Part shown: positions 13,802-27,305 of the stretch, piece after piece
How the letters are laid out: each line of letters opens with the position of its first letter
Position numbering within the stretch: the first letter of the stretch is position 1
Assembly (NCBI RefSeq): GCF_009914755.1
Contig: NC_060944.1
DNA: 64,000 nucleotides
From: the human T2T-CHM13v2.0 reference genome, Homo sapiens
Direction: 5' to 3' (one strand)
Notes under the pieces: generated by a model
Seen by the model: only the letters and a program-made list of their open reading frames with translations
Database searches by the model: none
What the model was told of the DNA's origin: nothing
Position numbers and translations under genes: made by a program

Positions 13802-14099
13802 GTCTAAAAATAGTTTTAAAATAATTTCTTCATTTTCAAGGGGCTTAACATTAATTGATGGGGAGTAGGGGAAGGATAGTTTTTGAACAGAAAAATAAAA
13901 GACAGTTACTAAAGAGAACTATGAAATATATTGTTGTCCTTGGAGACAGAGTCTAAAAATAGTTTTAAAATAATTTCTTCATTTTCAAGGGGCTTAACAT
14001 TAATTGATGGGGAGTAGGGGAAGGATAGTTTTTGAACAGAAAAATAAAAGACAGTTACTAAAGAGAACTATGAAATATATTGTTGTCCTTGGAGACAGA
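13802..14099. repeat. Perfect 2 x 149-bp tandem duplication
   Basis: 13802-13950 is identical to 13951-14099; CAGA at all three junctions. Confidence 0.95.
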
Positions 14100-14366
14100 A
14101 TTAGGGACAATAGATGAAAGAGGCAAGGAGAGAGGTTCTGACTTATTACCAGAATAAGCTTGATAATGATCCAAGCATAAAAAACGATAGAATGACTCTG
14201 TCTATTGGGAGCTGATGAGTACTTTCTAGTTAGAAATATTTATGCAGAAAATGAATGATTTTATCTGAGTACTACTACTTGGTTTAGAGGATTGAAGGAA
14301 CTGCCAAGATTCCTTTAGAATTTGAGATTGTATTTTTGAATTAGTTAGGCATCTTTATAGGAGTTA

Positions 14367-14677
<311 letters not shown>

Positions 14678-15773
14678 GAGTTATCCTTTTCTCCTTGAAG
14701 TCTTGCCAAGGACTTGGGTGGGCACTGTGTTGGTTAGGTAGCTAGGAAGCTGTGGTTGATTAACTGTTAAAGTCTTGAGTATATAGTGAAGAAGAAGAAA
14801 CAGGGCAGAATTAATTATGCATTAAGGCCTCCCAGTATCTTCCGTTAGCTGCTGTGATTTTACCAGGACCCTCACTTTCCTTCACTTTCCTTGGATTAGA
14901 TGGTCAGGTGGCACTGAAGTGACTTGTACCAACAGGCTTAAGCATGAGAACTAACCTGATCATATTATATCCTAAGAAGGTATTCTAGAATTGAATTTGT
15001 AGAAGATTTCACTAGTTCTTCAAGTATATATTTTTAGATTCAAGTATTAAAGTTAGCACTAATGTAATTCACTTTGTTTATGGAGAATTGTTTACTTATT
15101 AGAATCTATAAAATAGTTTTGATCTAATGGAAACAGGCCTGTTGGTTATAGGAGGGAAATGTATCATGGTTTGACAAAAAAATAAAAAATAAAGGAGCTG
15201 GGGCATGACAGCTCTTAGAAGTAAAATCATTTGAACTATTTGTCATTGGGAGAAATTACCTACAGTATCAAAGAGTTGTCACAAAGAACTTTCCCGTGAT
15301 ACCCAACAACATATATGTGTATATATATATGCACAACGTTGACTTCCAGTGATCTCCATTTAATATAAAATAATTATCTGTGACAATTATTCTTTAAAAA
15401 TGCATTCTCCATTAACATAAGTGGAATTTCGACTAGCCAACACTTTGAACTTTTATGTCTCAAGTGGAGGAGTTTACTGGGTACAGAAAAATGAAGGAAA
15501 ATCCATAGCCTGAATAGAAGAGAAATGAGCTTAGTTTTATATTATACTTTAGGAAGAATAAAGAATAATATATGAGAGTTGGAGGTGTAGAGAACATATG
15601 TGAAATAGTTGGCAATTATTTATTTTATTCCCTTTGAGGACAGTTCGTCTTTATACATAAGTATTAACATGGTTAAATGCAAGGAATCTTTAGGAGCAAA
15701 ATGATAATAAGAGGTTATTTTTATCTTTGAACAAAATCTAACCTAACTGGGCTGAAACCCAATAGGTAACATT

Positions 15774-15774
<1 letters not shown>

Positions 15775-15811
<37 letters not shown>

Positions 15812-15850
15812 TGTGTGCATGCATGTGTGCCTGCATTTATGTGTGCATGT
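15775..15850. repeat. (GT)n microsatellite with degenerate tail
   Basis: About 17 uninterrupted GT units from 15775. Confidence 0.95.
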
Positions 15851-16349
15851 ATACATTAAGTCACATTTTTTATATTTGTTTCACTTTTGATTGAAGGCAG
15901 ATATTGTTGGAGAACAGATCTATTTGTGAAACCTTATTGGGAACATCCAAATTGGCAAAATGACTTGGTGCCCATCTGCAGTAAATTAAGATGTACATCT
16001 GACTAGGTTGGGGCTTCATGCCAGTGCCTGTCTCAACATGTTCAGTTTTTAACTGAATTCTGTCAAAATTCCGAGTCAGATAATAATTAATGCCACAGAC
16101 ATTTAATGCATCTTTATTATGCAAGTGCCTGTCTTTGTGACTGTAGATTTAGTCAGAAAGGGTCAGGGTGGCTTCCTGGCCATGATATTAGCCTAGAGCT
16201 CTCCCTACTCCCTCCAACCCCCTTCCTTCTGTTTTCTGTTCACTCTCATTCTACCCTGGGATTGATCACTGGGATAGTGGTTGGAAAATGTTACTTCATT
16301 GGTGAAGAAAGCTCATATGAGATCTATGTTGTTTGAAAGCATTATATGG

Positions 16350-16793
16350 TGTCCTAGTTAGGATTCTTCCAAAAGCAAAACCTGACACAGTGACTCAGAT
16401 ATGATAGTTTATTTGATAGGTAGTTCCAGGAAACAAGAATGAGGGAGAGTGAGGCAGCTTTAAAAAAAGGATTTTAATGAGCAGATTAAGGATAAGGGTA
16501 ACTAGGACTAAGTCCTGCTATAGATCTTGTATAAAATAGCCTCAGAATTGTCTACACCTAGGGACAGGGAAGTTGAGTATTTGTTCACTTACCCCATTCT
16601 TCATTGTTGGTGTTTTCTCTTGGGGGTGTTTAATCTCTGGCACTTTCAGCCTGCCCTAAACATGGACTGAGCAGGTGGAGAGGCAGAAAGACACAAGTGC
16701 TTTAAGTTGGGGAGCTGTTGGTGTGTATAGGAACCAGATAGCTTCAGGTGAACTCAGAGGTGGGCTAAGAGGACGTGAAGCAGGGCATCACCA
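16350..16793 (-). mobile_element. LTR33-like solo LTR
   Basis: ggattcttccaaaagcaaaacctgacaca...tagtttatttgataggtagttccaggaa... Confidence 0.65.
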
Positions 16794-17147
16794 ATGTAAG
16801 TTCCATGCGGTTTCTATTGAAAAGGAGCTTCAGGGCTCTATTAATGTATAGAATGTCTACTTCTGTTTTCTCCAGCTCATCTACTTGTCTCAAACCAACT
16901 AAATGACCAAAAGGAAAAGTTGGAAATGGCACCAGTGGTTCATCCTGCTCATTTTCCAGCATAGTCCGAAGGTAGACAATTCTCATACTTTGCCCATTTT
17001 AGACAGTCTTCCTCAGGATACAGATGGCAGGAAGGAAACAGGAACCTCTCAGAAATCCGATGCAGCTCCTTACTAGATCTCTATTTTCACCTTCTTTGCC
17101 TCTTCTCAAATGTGGATCTCAAAATACCATCTGCTTAATTGACCTAA

Positions 17148-17440
17148 TAGCAATTGTAGTGGTAGTGCTATTTGCTATCTTTTCTCGAGTGCTTACCATG
17201 TTCCCACCATTATTTTAGCACTGTTCTGTATAAATAATCAGAACAATCCCATGAAGGGGATACTATAATATAATGATCCCATTTTAAAACATGAAAAGAA
17301 ACTGAGGTAGAGAACGATTACCTGTCCAAGGTCTCAACCGTGGGAGGGGGTGGAGCATATGACCTGAGTAAGCTGTCTAGAGTCTCTCGTACACTGAAAC
17401 CAATGCACCCTTTTCTCAGGGCTAAACCCAGCTCTTGGCC
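17148..17440 (-). mobile_element. MIR
   Basis: atcccattttaaaacatgaaaagaaactgagg core. Confidence 0.65.
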
Positions 17441-17539
17441 CCAGGGCAGGACTAGAATATCCCTGGTCCTCATGCCAGAAGGCTTGTGAATCAAAGGCTG
17501 GAGCAATGGAGGAGAGATGGCAACTTATTGTCACAAGCC

Positions 17540-18225
17540 TTCCCTCTGTTACACTTCCTCTCTTCAGTCCATTCTCCATGCATCATCTGAAATGATATTT
17601 AAAATGCAGAAATCAGATCACAATACACCCCTGCCTAACACTCTCTAATGAGTCCTACTGCACTTAGAGCAAAATCCACAATTTGCTCAGCTACTATGAG
17701 CCTGCTCTTGCCTGTCTTCTAGTCTTCACCTCCCACCTCTCTACGCATGACTCTCTCAGCTCTAACCACACCGGCCTTCTTTCTATTCCAGGCGCATAAG
17801 GAACTGATACCCACCTCAGGACATGACTATGTCCCACTCACTCCTTCGTACATTGTCATCTCACTGTCCTCTTGTTATCCTTCAGATGTCAGCTCAGATG
17901 CTGCCTCCTCAGACAGGCTTCTGCTGACCGCCCCCCTCTCTTACTCTAGGCATCTTATTACCCTCTTCTGTTTTCTGTATAGCATGTATCCCATTCTGAA
18001 AAAGTACCTCATTTATTTTTGAGCCTACATGTTTATTATCTCTTTCCGTGCTCCCCACAACCCAGTCTCCAAATGTAAGCTCCGTGAGAGTCAGGACTTT
18101 GTGTGTTCTGTTTCGCTGGTGTGTCCCTAGTGCCTAGAACTTCCTGGCACATAATGAGCATTCAGTAAACATTTCACATATGACTGGCTAACTGCTGAGT
18201 AAGGAAATGAGTGAATGAATGAACA
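17540..18225 (+). mobile_element. L2 3' region
   Basis: atcagatcac...ccctgcctaacac...tgtaagctccgtgagagtcaggactttgt...cctggcacataatgagcattcagtaaac...gaatgaatgaa. Confidence 0.8.
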
Positions 18226-18926
18226 ATGGATTAAAAATGTAGATACTTTATCTTAGACAAAATTTGGCAACAGTAGAAATCAAGACCTTTCTCTGTCCAG
18301 CTTATGTGACTCTGTTCAAAATTATCTCAATTGTGTACAATATTTTGAGCTACAAACATTTTTCTCCTCAAAATCTCATTTTTTTCTTTTATTTAGGGGA
18401 AGGAAAAGGCATAGCAGTTGTTTCCTGAAGCAGTTGTTCCCACATACACAAGTTGACACCTCTTTTAGCTTTTCTGACCAAGTTTCAATAATCATACACA
18501 GAATTTTAGAAATACCTTCTTCTGGCCATCCTCCCTTGACTCCTGCTTTTCCAGTGGGAGATGGAGCTGGGAGGTGGTGGTAGAAGAAGGGAGAGTGTTG
18601 GGGGAGTGAGGGAAGGACCTGTGTGAAAAGGATTGGATTTGACCATTTAGGGAAGGGGGACAATATGAAGGCCCTGAAAACCAGCTATTAATGATGGGGC
18701 TCATTTCTGCACAGGTAAATATATCAGCACTCATGCCACTAAGATATTTTATAAAAATGCTTCCTGAAACAAAGTAGTTACTTCTAAGTTTCCCTAGGGA
18801 ATAACTTTTTTAAAAATTAAAAAGATGCATTCAACGTATGTGCCATAAATCCTCTATTTTTGATAAGCACTGATAACTCAAAGATAATGCTGCTAATGTA
18901 TAGACAATTTACTTTGTTTTCTTCAG

Positions 18927-18969
18927 AGAAATTGAGAACTTAGGTCTTGCTTTGTACACAAATACAGAG
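18927..18969 (+). pseudogene. Candidate fossil exon, phase 2->0: EIENLGLALYTNTE
   Basis: tttgttttcttcag| ... GAG|gtaaca; no stop in frame. Confidence 0.5.
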
Positions 18970-19372
18970 GTAACAAATTCTGATAAAGATGTGAATCATA
19001 TTTTTTTCCACTGGTTAGTAGAGAGGTAGATTGGGAGGAAAGCATTAGATGTAATGGCAGCTGTGGCCCGTTCCTGGCTGCTAAGCAAATCTGTTTCACA
19101 TGTGAACATGTTGGGATCTTTTACATTTTGAGACCGTTTTGCCCTTCTTTTAAAGGTCCTTATAGTCTCATAACTCACAGAGAATTATGGTTTAGTTTCA
19201 GTTACCAGTAATATTGTAAATATATTCACATACATTTTTAAAGACATTATGGCAATGTCCTTAATTAATAACATAGCCATCATTTTATAAAGAGTCCCAA
19301 TTTATTAAAAATAAAACCCTAAAACCAAAAATGATGGGATAACATCTTTATGTTGCCCTTGTTTGCATTCAG

Positions 19373-19484
19373 GATGTTTCCAAGTTTATCATGTCTGTGA
19401 CCTCAGTTACGTTTACTTCCCCAGATGGTTTTTTACCACATGAGCAATTAATATAATTGGAGACTACGAAGTGTTTATGTCAAG
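19373..19484 (+). pseudogene. Candidate fossil exon, phase 0->1: DVSKFIMSVTSVTFTSPDGF...
   Basis: cccttgtttgcattcag| ... AAG|gcaaga (GC or mutated donor); 1 stop. Confidence 0.4.
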
Positions 19485-20061
19485 GCAAGAAGCAGTAGCA
19501 GCTTCAATGTGGTGACTTTGCAGGCAGTCAAACATATTTCACTGTGTGCTTCCAACCTAACCCTTCCCCTGCCCTTCCCCTTCTATTTTTATATTAAACA
19601 GAAAAAGAGAGTTCACAAAGGTGCTCAGAAACTGGCAGTTTCTTTCAGAATGTGGTATATTTCTAATTTCCATATATTTCCTTCAAGTGGAATGGCCCTG
19701 GGAGCACAATTACCTTCAATCTTGACAGGTATAAAAAGGCCAATCCTGCCAGTCTCTGATTGAAATGTTAGATCAACTTTTCTGAATCTGGCATGATGGG
19801 TGACAAAAGACAGGGATGTTGCTGGGTCAGGTGAAGATGTTGCCATAATCCCTTTTACCTATTTTGAGCTTCTGAGCAAGAAAATCCTATATCAAGGTAC
19901 ATTAGCACCACCTGCTATCAGCACCCTTAGAGAGGCTGGCAACAGAGAGGTTCTTTAACTTTTATAACCGTGCTCTACATTAGGAGAGGCTCAAGGAAAG
20001 AAAAATCAGGCATAATCTCTGAAGACTTTATAATGAGCTCATGTTCTCATTCTTCATATAG

Positions 20062-20156
20062 ATTCCATTTTTCTGTATGAAAATGGTCTGCCAACTGTCC
20101 ATAATTAGCCCCATCTTACTTCACCTGGCAATATCTAGTGCTTATGAATTCTGTTG
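20062..20156 (+). pseudogene. Candidate fossil exon: (D)SIFLYENGLPTV / IISPILLHLAISSAYEFC (1 frameshift)
   Basis: ttctcattcttcatatag| ... TTG|gtaggg. Confidence 0.45.
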
Positions 20157-20345
20157 GTAGGGAATATCTTTATGTGGTGAATGCATTCTGCAAAAAGTAT
20201 ACATCAAAAATTGTAAATCATATTACATCTTAATTACAGAATTGATTCCTCTGAATAATAAGCTTATAATAAAGCCTTGCTAGGGTGGTTTCATATCCTT
20301 AAATCCAAAATATTGTGTTTGTTCTTTCACTATCAATTTGTATAG

Positions 20346-20421
20346 ACTTTATGTGACAATAGGTACTCTGAAAGGGGAGCACACATATATTAATTTGCAT
20401 TTGATGACATACTTTTTAGAG
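20346..20421 (+). pseudogene. Candidate fossil exon, phase 2->0: LYVTIGTLKGEHTYINLHLMTYFLE
   Basis: ttctttcactatcaatttgtatag| ... GAG|gtgcat; no stop. Confidence 0.45.
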
Positions 20422-20449
20422 GTGCATTTAAGGTCTTCCCATTTGGTCT

Positions 20450-20735
20450 GGCAAGTTCTGTCTGCATGGATCTCTCATCCCCAGGATATTTTTAGTGCTC
20501 CCTCTCTGTTTCTTCCTCTTATCTCCCTTCAGAGTCCATCTTGTCGGGGAAGTCTTCTCCGACCATCTCATATAAACCTCCCACCCATACCATGCTTTAC
20601 TTTTCTCCTATTACTTATAATTACAAGGCATATTATGAACTTATTTTCTATCTTCCCTGAACTAAACTCTATAAAACTGGGTTTTTTCTTTAACTTACTG
20701 TTGTATCTTCAGACCTAGGACAGTGCCTAGCACAT
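20450..20735 (+). mobile_element. L2 3' fragment followed by (CA)n at about 20738-20772
   Basis: gctttacttttctc...acctaggacagtgcctagcaca. Confidence 0.6.
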
Positions 20736-21604
20736 GTACACACAGCACACATCACACACACACACACACACTATATAATGAATGCATGGATATGTGAACA
20801 AAATGATGTGCTTGAGAGGGAATGGTGTCTATAAAACCGCCGGTATTATCAGATTCATTTTGTGTGGTTATGTTTCCTGAGGAGAAAGAGACGTATTACT
20901 GTTTACTTTTGGTTTTTATGTTTATCTGTTATAATAGCATATGGTATATCTGGTATATCTAACTGCTCAAGTCTTAAATGTCTTAAAAATATTGATTAAT
21001 AGATCCTTTAAATAATATGATTCTAAGACTCATCTGTTCTGATCATCATAATACTACAGGGGAACCACAAGTCATCAAATGGCATGAAACTCAAAACTAC
21101 AGAATGTAATCTGGGAGACTTATAGGCCCAATTTTAATAAACCACATAATGTTTTTAAAATGTATAATTTCATTGTTAACATTTGAGAAATTCAGTATAT
21201 TGCACATAAATATCTGGATTCCCAGCCTTTCTTGAATAGCCTGAACGTCTGCTGACGCGAGACACCTATGCCTGCATGGCATCAGTTAGCTGGAGCTGAA
21301 TGTGGGTGTGTTGACCGCAGTCGCCATCACACCCTTTTGTCTTTCCCTCACCGCACTCCTATGTATATTTTGCCAATATGGCACTGTCAGTGTTTGGTGT
21401 GATATCCCTGCTGTAAATCAAGCTAATCCATAGGCATCACTTCATGTGCTGCTCTTTATTTATTTACTGAAATGGAGTTGAAAATATTTGTTGAGGTTAA
21501 GGAAAAACTATGTTCTTTGTTGCACTTTAAACATTCTAAATATTTTGGATTAGAGAAAAGAAAAGGGAGCTTATACTAAGTTTTTATTTTCCTGAAAATA
21601 ATCC

Positions 21605-21990
21605 ATAACTTAATGTTCTATGTACTGAAGGAGTTTGGGTGTTCACAAATACACATATTTATCAAAATTCAATGAATGAATACTTAACATTTGTGCATTT
21701 CATTGTATGTAAATGTAATATAAAGTGGAAGCAAATGTTGAACTATAATTAATCATATGCATGCAAAAGTATTTAAGGAGAATTTTTCTGTGTCTGAAAA
21801 TCTCTTTGAAATGTACCAAAATCAGATGGATTAAACAATGGATTGAAGGATGGTTAGATTAATAGATATGTGATAAAAGAAGCACAATAGAATAGTCATG
21901 GGAGAATCCAGGTAGTGGGTACATCGGATTTTACTCTACAGTTCTTTCAACTTTGCTGCATAATTGAAAATTTTATAATAGGATATAGGG
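21605..21990 (+). mobile_element. L1ME 3' UTR fragment
   Basis: tttgtgcatttcattgtatgtaaat...gatatgtgataaa...ttctttcaactttgctg...tgaaaattttataata. Confidence 0.7.
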
Positions 21991-22251
21991 TAAAATAATC
22001 TGCAATTAAATATGACAATTTTCATACTGTTCCTGCTTTCTGGAAAGTTTTTTTCTAAACTAAATGTACAATTTTACATAATGAATTAATGAAATGGTAA
22101 ATTATTATAATTTTCAGATTCTGCTGTAGGTTTAATTTTAAAATAATCTTTTATTTTAAAACAACCAATTATGATTTGGAGATGTAATTATGGGATTTTT
22201 AAATTTTTCTGTATTGTCCCTTTTGTACCTTATTTTCTTCCTCTGTCCTAT

Positions 22252-22492
22252 ACAATGATCACCCCTTATTCTCAAGGCATACATTCCAAGACCCCTAGTG
22301 GATGCCAGAAACCACAGATAGCACCAAACCCTATATGTATTATGTTTTCCTATCTGATGATGTAAGTGACTAATGGACTGGTAGTGTATACAGAGTGGAC
22401 ATGCTGGACAAAGTGATGATTCAAATCCCAGGCAGGACAGAACAGAACAGCATGAAATTTATAACTAGTTGGCACAACATGCAATTTATAAC
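22252..22492 (-). mobile_element. MER44-family (Tigger) fragment
   Basis: ccccttat...acattccaagacccctagtggatgccagaaacc terminal motif. Confidence 0.65.
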
Positions 22493-22806
22493 TATATTTT
22501 CACACAACCACTCTATCTCAAATAATATTCCCTGGTCTCTTTAAGTTTTACATCTTTTAAGCTCCTATATGTAGTTTATGAATTAATTTTAACTGGTTAT
22601 TGTTTTACTCTACACTTTTTAAGGTGAAGCCATTTAGGATTTTAATGTTTTAATCATACATAGTTTTTAAAATAATTGGCATATTGATATAATGAAAAGT
22701 TCTGTTTTTCTCTCATGGACTATTTCTTCCATACATTTAGAAACTTCTATTTTACAGTTATAAATAGGAGGTTGTAGAACTATTAAAAGTAACTTAATTG
22801 TAAATG

Positions 22807-22880
22807 CAGATGCTCCTCAACTTGCAATAGGGTTATATCCTGATAATCATAAGTTGAAAATATCATTAAGTCAAAAATTT
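22807..22880 (+). mobile_element. MER47-like (Tigger) terminal fragment
   Basis: cagatgctcctcaactt...gggtta...cctgataa...taagttgaaaatatc. Confidence 0.65.
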
Positions 22881-23023
22881 TAAGATAGTATTATATCAAA
22901 ACACCACTTACGTTACAATATCAGATGTCTTTGAAGCACAAGTCCTTCTCTCTGTAGATAATACTTAGGGAAGATCATGGATTTCATTTCTCCTCGTTTT
23001 CTAACATTTCTCTTTCCTATCAG

Positions 23024-23105
23024 TCTCCTTTGCATCCAGATGAAGTCTTATCAAAAAGAATTTCCCTCAAACTTGTCCATATCATTACAATTTAGTAGAC
23101 CCCAA
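23024..23105 (+). pseudogene. Candidate fossil exon, phase 2->0: LLCIQMKSYQKEFPSNLSISLQFSRPQ
   Basis: tttctctttcctatcag| ... CAA|gtcagt; no stop; 5' boundary could lie further upstream. Confidence 0.5.
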
Positions 23106-23467
23106 GTCAGTCAATTCAACTAATATTCACTAAATGTCTATTTGGCTGGCTTCTTCCTGGGAATCTGGACACAAATAAGACATTATCCCTGCTCTAAAGG
23201 AAGTCTCCTGCTCCTATAAAAGGCTAATGTGGCAAAAAGCAGACACTGCCAAACATTAAGTGGAGGAATGTTCCATGTTGATATACTATCCACTTTCTGA
23301 TGACTCTTTTCGAAACTATTGTTAGGTTGATAAATATATTCTTGGATATTTATTATTAAGTAGCTGAAATAAAAATGATTCCTTCTTTTTTTTTTTTTTT
23401 AGAAAATAGGGTAGGGCTCAGCATGTGAATTTTGTTTTTAAATCATTTTAATTTTACTTTTTATGGG

Positions 23468-23712
23468 TGGCAGCATAGTATGGTAGAATGAGCAAAATGA
23501 GTTTAAAATCAGACAGATTCTGTCTTCTAATCTTATTAATTCAGTGATCTAGATCTCAGCAACTTATTTAAATCTCCCATGTCTCTCTTTTTTCGGCTAT
23601 AAGGCATGGGTAATATAGCTATATGTGTGAGAATTAAAATTTTAGTAGAATAATGAGTAAAAGTTTCGAGTCCATATGGTAGGAACCCAGTAAGTAGTGA
23701 GCACTCTTATTA
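23468..23712 (+). mobile_element. MIR
   Basis: ggcagcatagtatggtagaatgagc...tcagacaga... Confidence 0.6.
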
Positions 23713-23751
23713 TTGTTGCAATGATGATGATGGTGATAATGATGATGATTT

Positions 23752-24190
23752 CCATTTGAGTTGCTTGAGAATCACACCCTGAGACAAAGATTCTCCTATA
23801 AGTAATTTATGTGAGAGGTAATCTCAAGGAACACTGATAGGGGAGTGAAAAAGTAGGGCAGAGAAGGAAAAAAGCCAATAAGGAAGGCAACTGGAGCTTA
23901 ATGATGCTGTGGCATTCTGAGAGTCAAGTGTACAGAATTTCCCACTAGAGATAAGGGAGCTGGAGTATTTATCCATCAACTCCTGGCAGTCATTAGTTGA
24001 GGGCTACTCTGTGGGGGTATTAATTCCTTGGCATTTACAGCCTTCCACTTGCATAGGCAGAGTGGTGTTTGGCAGGCAGAGAAGCTTTCAGGCAATGAAA
24101 TACAAGTGCTAACAGTTGGAAGTCAGCTCGGCCTGCCTGAAATGGTAAGAGCTGAGGGCATATGGGTGGAGCACTAATAGTATCTGTCCA
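23752..24190 (-). mobile_element. LTR33 solo LTR
   Basis: accctgagacaaagatt...gggagctggagtatttatccatcaactcc...cagttggaagtcagc...tatgggtggagcactaa. Confidence 0.75.
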
Positions 24191-24837
24191 GATGATGATG
24201 ATGACGATGAGACCACTTGATGAAGATGGGAACACTATATTCACTCTCTGAGAGATGAAATGTAAGTGTAGCTGATTAAATGTAGGGAGAAGCCTGTCTA
24301 GGAAAAAAGACACTGTGGTCTCTGCCCACTCATACACACAATTTACCCTACAGGTTTGAGATTATTCTTGCCCAGGCCAATGAATCATTTTATTGGGCAC
24401 AGAGTTCTATGCAGGTATCCTGTCTGGTACCTGGGTGGGTTTTGGGTATTGTTGGCTGCTCCTTGGATCTGGGAGTCCAGTTTTCATTCCTCTGAACTCA
24501 CTTCCTAAAGCTGTGTGCATTTAGCTAGCAGCCTTGGTCTCAGGTGATCTAGTCATTACAGCCTACAGGATCAGATTCAGCTGTAACCCAAAGGTCATGA
24601 GCAGAAGGAACAGCTCCACCAGTCCCTTGCATTGTTTGAGGAGATTTTTTACCATCTTCCAGTTTAATTATGAGATGTGGCTTCTGGGCAAGAAAGCAAG
24701 TGAGATCTACTTTCTGCATTTTGTTTTGTTGATAATTGAATCATAGTAATTAAGTAATCATGCCGGGTGTAAGCAATAACTTTTATGAACATTAAGATAG
24801 TGCATTTCATAACATCTAAATGCTTTGTTTGTTAAAG

Positions 24838-24937
24838 TTCACTTTTGAGAAATTGCAATCAGTGTTGGGAAAACACTATTAATTTGAAGGTGTGGAAGAG
24901 AGAGATAAGGTACCTCATTTAGAATTGTATATGTCAG
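24838..24937 (+). pseudogene. Candidate fossil exon, phase 0->1: FTFEKLQSVLGKHY*FEGVEERDKVPHLELYMS
   Basis: gctttgtttgttaaag| ... CAG|gtaact; 1 stop. Confidence 0.6.
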
Positions 24938-25069
24938 GTAACTATTATCTCTGGGAAGCAGTGAAGGTGTCTTATTTAATAAATCTCAGAATCTATACAA
25001 GCCATAAACCAGTATTTACATATATGGGTATAGAGATATCTGTATACATGTGCACATATATTATTTTAG

Positions 25070-25217
25070 CCATGTTCTAGACACTTAACAAAGATGGGAT
25101 TGCATTGACTGGCCGCTTGTAGTGTAAAAGAGAAAATGTAAACTGTAATCAGTGTTTCATTTAAATTTATAAATGCACTGTATTTTTTATTTTGATGAAT
25201 AGGAACAAATTATTAAG
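25070..25217 (+). pseudogene. Candidate fossil exon, phase 1->2: (A)MF*TLNKDGIALTGRL*CKRENVNCNQCFI*IYKC...
   Basis: tattattttag| ... AAG|gtaata; phases match both neighbours; 3 stops. Confidence 0.45.
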
Positions 25218-25288
25218 GTAATAATACATTAGCTATAACTATGTTTAAATAAGTCCAGGGAATCAGGTCTCCCTATTAATTTTCAAAG

Positions 25289-25681
25289 TGTAAGATGCTA
25301 TCCATCCACATTGTAGATATTAGGAACTGTTGAAACTCTATGTAAATATAGTAAAAATTTGTTGCAAATGGAAATATGAAGTAATTGCTAGAACTTTTTT
25401 TTTGTATTGATAGCATTAAGTATTAAGGCTAGCTGTTGCAGTAGCTATAACCTAGTTATAGCAATATGCATGTGGTTGACTGGTATGTGCTTTGCCACAA
25501 AATAGAAGAAAGAATCCTCCAGGAGAAATATTTTGCAAATCTGCTTTTCAACAGTAATTAGAAGATGGGTGATATTTTGCTACTGTTCATAAGTGTTTCT
25601 CTTAATATTTTGACTGGTTCAAAGGAAAGAAGGGCCAATATCCATCATATATTGTTAGGGAACATGTTTTAGGATTGCAGA
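25289..25681 (+). pseudogene. Candidate large fossil exon with frameshifts: VRCYPSTL*ILGTVETLCKYSKNLLQMEI* / DWYVLCHKIEERILQEKYFANLLF / YFDWFKGKKGQYPSYIVREHVLGLQ
   Basis: ttttcaaag| ... AGA|gtgaga; three protein-like blocks in shifting frames. Confidence 0.55.
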
Positions 25682-26810
25682 GTGAGAAAATAGAGACTAC
25701 ATCTTGCTATCCACATTTTCCACTTTTCTCTCAGACAGATCCTGATTGTCATCCCTGTTTAGCCTCCTGCCTTTTTACTCAACTCTTCCCCCTACCTGGA
25801 TGGCTTTTCCTTCTTTTGATCCCAACTTTCCCTTCCTTTGATCTCAGCTAAACTCCTTCAGTTAGCCTACACTTCCATCTTTTATTCTCTCAACTTTTCT
25901 TTTCCATAGGGTCATAATTATACTGCACATAACTTGGGTATCCTCTAATCATTACAAATAATAGCCATTGTTCCTAGCAAAAATGTGTGTTTATGGCAGC
26001 AATTACATTTTATGTATCTTTGGTTAGTCCCTGCACAGTGTTAGCTTATAGTAGGTGCTCACCCAATATCTGTATTTTCTCTTTTTTTTTTCAAGATCTA
26101 AATACAATTATATTTTTAAACGTTGGGTCCAGGCTTTACATAAAAATATCATCCTACTTTGCCCCCTAAGTTTCTAAAATATCACGTACTTTTCCCCCAA
26201 CATCTGCAGCCATCCAGAAATTTGTTGGAAACTTTTTTGCATTATTTTAATTCCTAATCCCTGCCTCTTTGGGCTCAGTGACAAACAATCAAAACCACCA
26301 AAAATGTGGTTCACTCGAAGTCAGATGAGAGAGCCTGGCTCAATTAATCTTATAGGATGTAAGCAGTGCTGCATCAACTGGCTCCATGCAGGAGGGACAC
26401 GTGAAGGATCTCATCAACCAGTTATCTATATAATCCTCATGATAAATGTGCATGCATGGCAGAAACTGAATCAGGTCCCCATAAACAAAGTCCATCATAC
26501 AGATCACATACTCCCAGATCTTTGTTTCTGATCTGATCTATCTCTTCCAGGGTCATAAATCCCTTCAGGCAGATGTTGTATAAGGCTTATTCTTTGAGCT
26601 GTTGTATTTTGCTTCAGTCAACTGAGCTGCAAATCGAGTCTGGCTAGGTGTTGGATGGTAGAGCAAAACTGGAACTTTTTCCTGATGTGACAGCAGTGGC
26701 TCCTGATCTGGCTGTCTCCTCGCCAGAGCTAGCCTGGTGGGACTGAGATACGTGAAGCAGAGAGATGTCATCCGAGGAGTGGAATTATCAGACTGCACTG
26801 TAATTGCTTG

Positions 26811-27305
26811 TTGAATCAGTTATCTGTTATTGCTTAACAAACCACTCCAAAACTTGGTGGCTTAAAACAACTTACTATTTCCCATGATCCTGTAGCTTGG
26901 TTGGGCTCAGCTGGGAGATTCTCCTCGATTGTGTACCTGAGGTCACTCATACAGTTGCATTCAGCTGAGAACTTAAGAGGGGCTGGAATTTCCAAAATGG
27001 CTTCTCTTTTTCCAGCGTCTCCTCTGTATGGCTCTAATCATCCTGCAGTCTCGTGTGGACTTGGCATCACCATGCTGGGCTCCAAGATGGGGGAGTGAAA
27101 GTACCAGTCCTCCTGAGGGATAGAGTAGTAATCCCAGATATTACTTCCACTGCATTTGGTTGCTCAAAGCAAATCAAAAGGCCAACTCAGAATTAAAGTG
27201 ATGGTAAAATAGACTACACCTCTTGATAAGAGGAGAGGCAAAGCCACGTCGCAAAGGGGCTTGTGTAAAAAATTGGAGGAATTATTGGGGCCATATTTGG
27301 AGACT
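26811..27305 (-). mobile_element. MLT1H-like MaLR LTR
   Basis: atcagttatct...taacaaaccactccaaaacttggtggcttaaaacaac...gggctcagctggg. Confidence 0.75.

Noticed and set aside
26565-26798. 77-aa minus-strand ORF in unique sequence
   Set aside because: Non-ATG start, no recognisable domain and no convincing splice context
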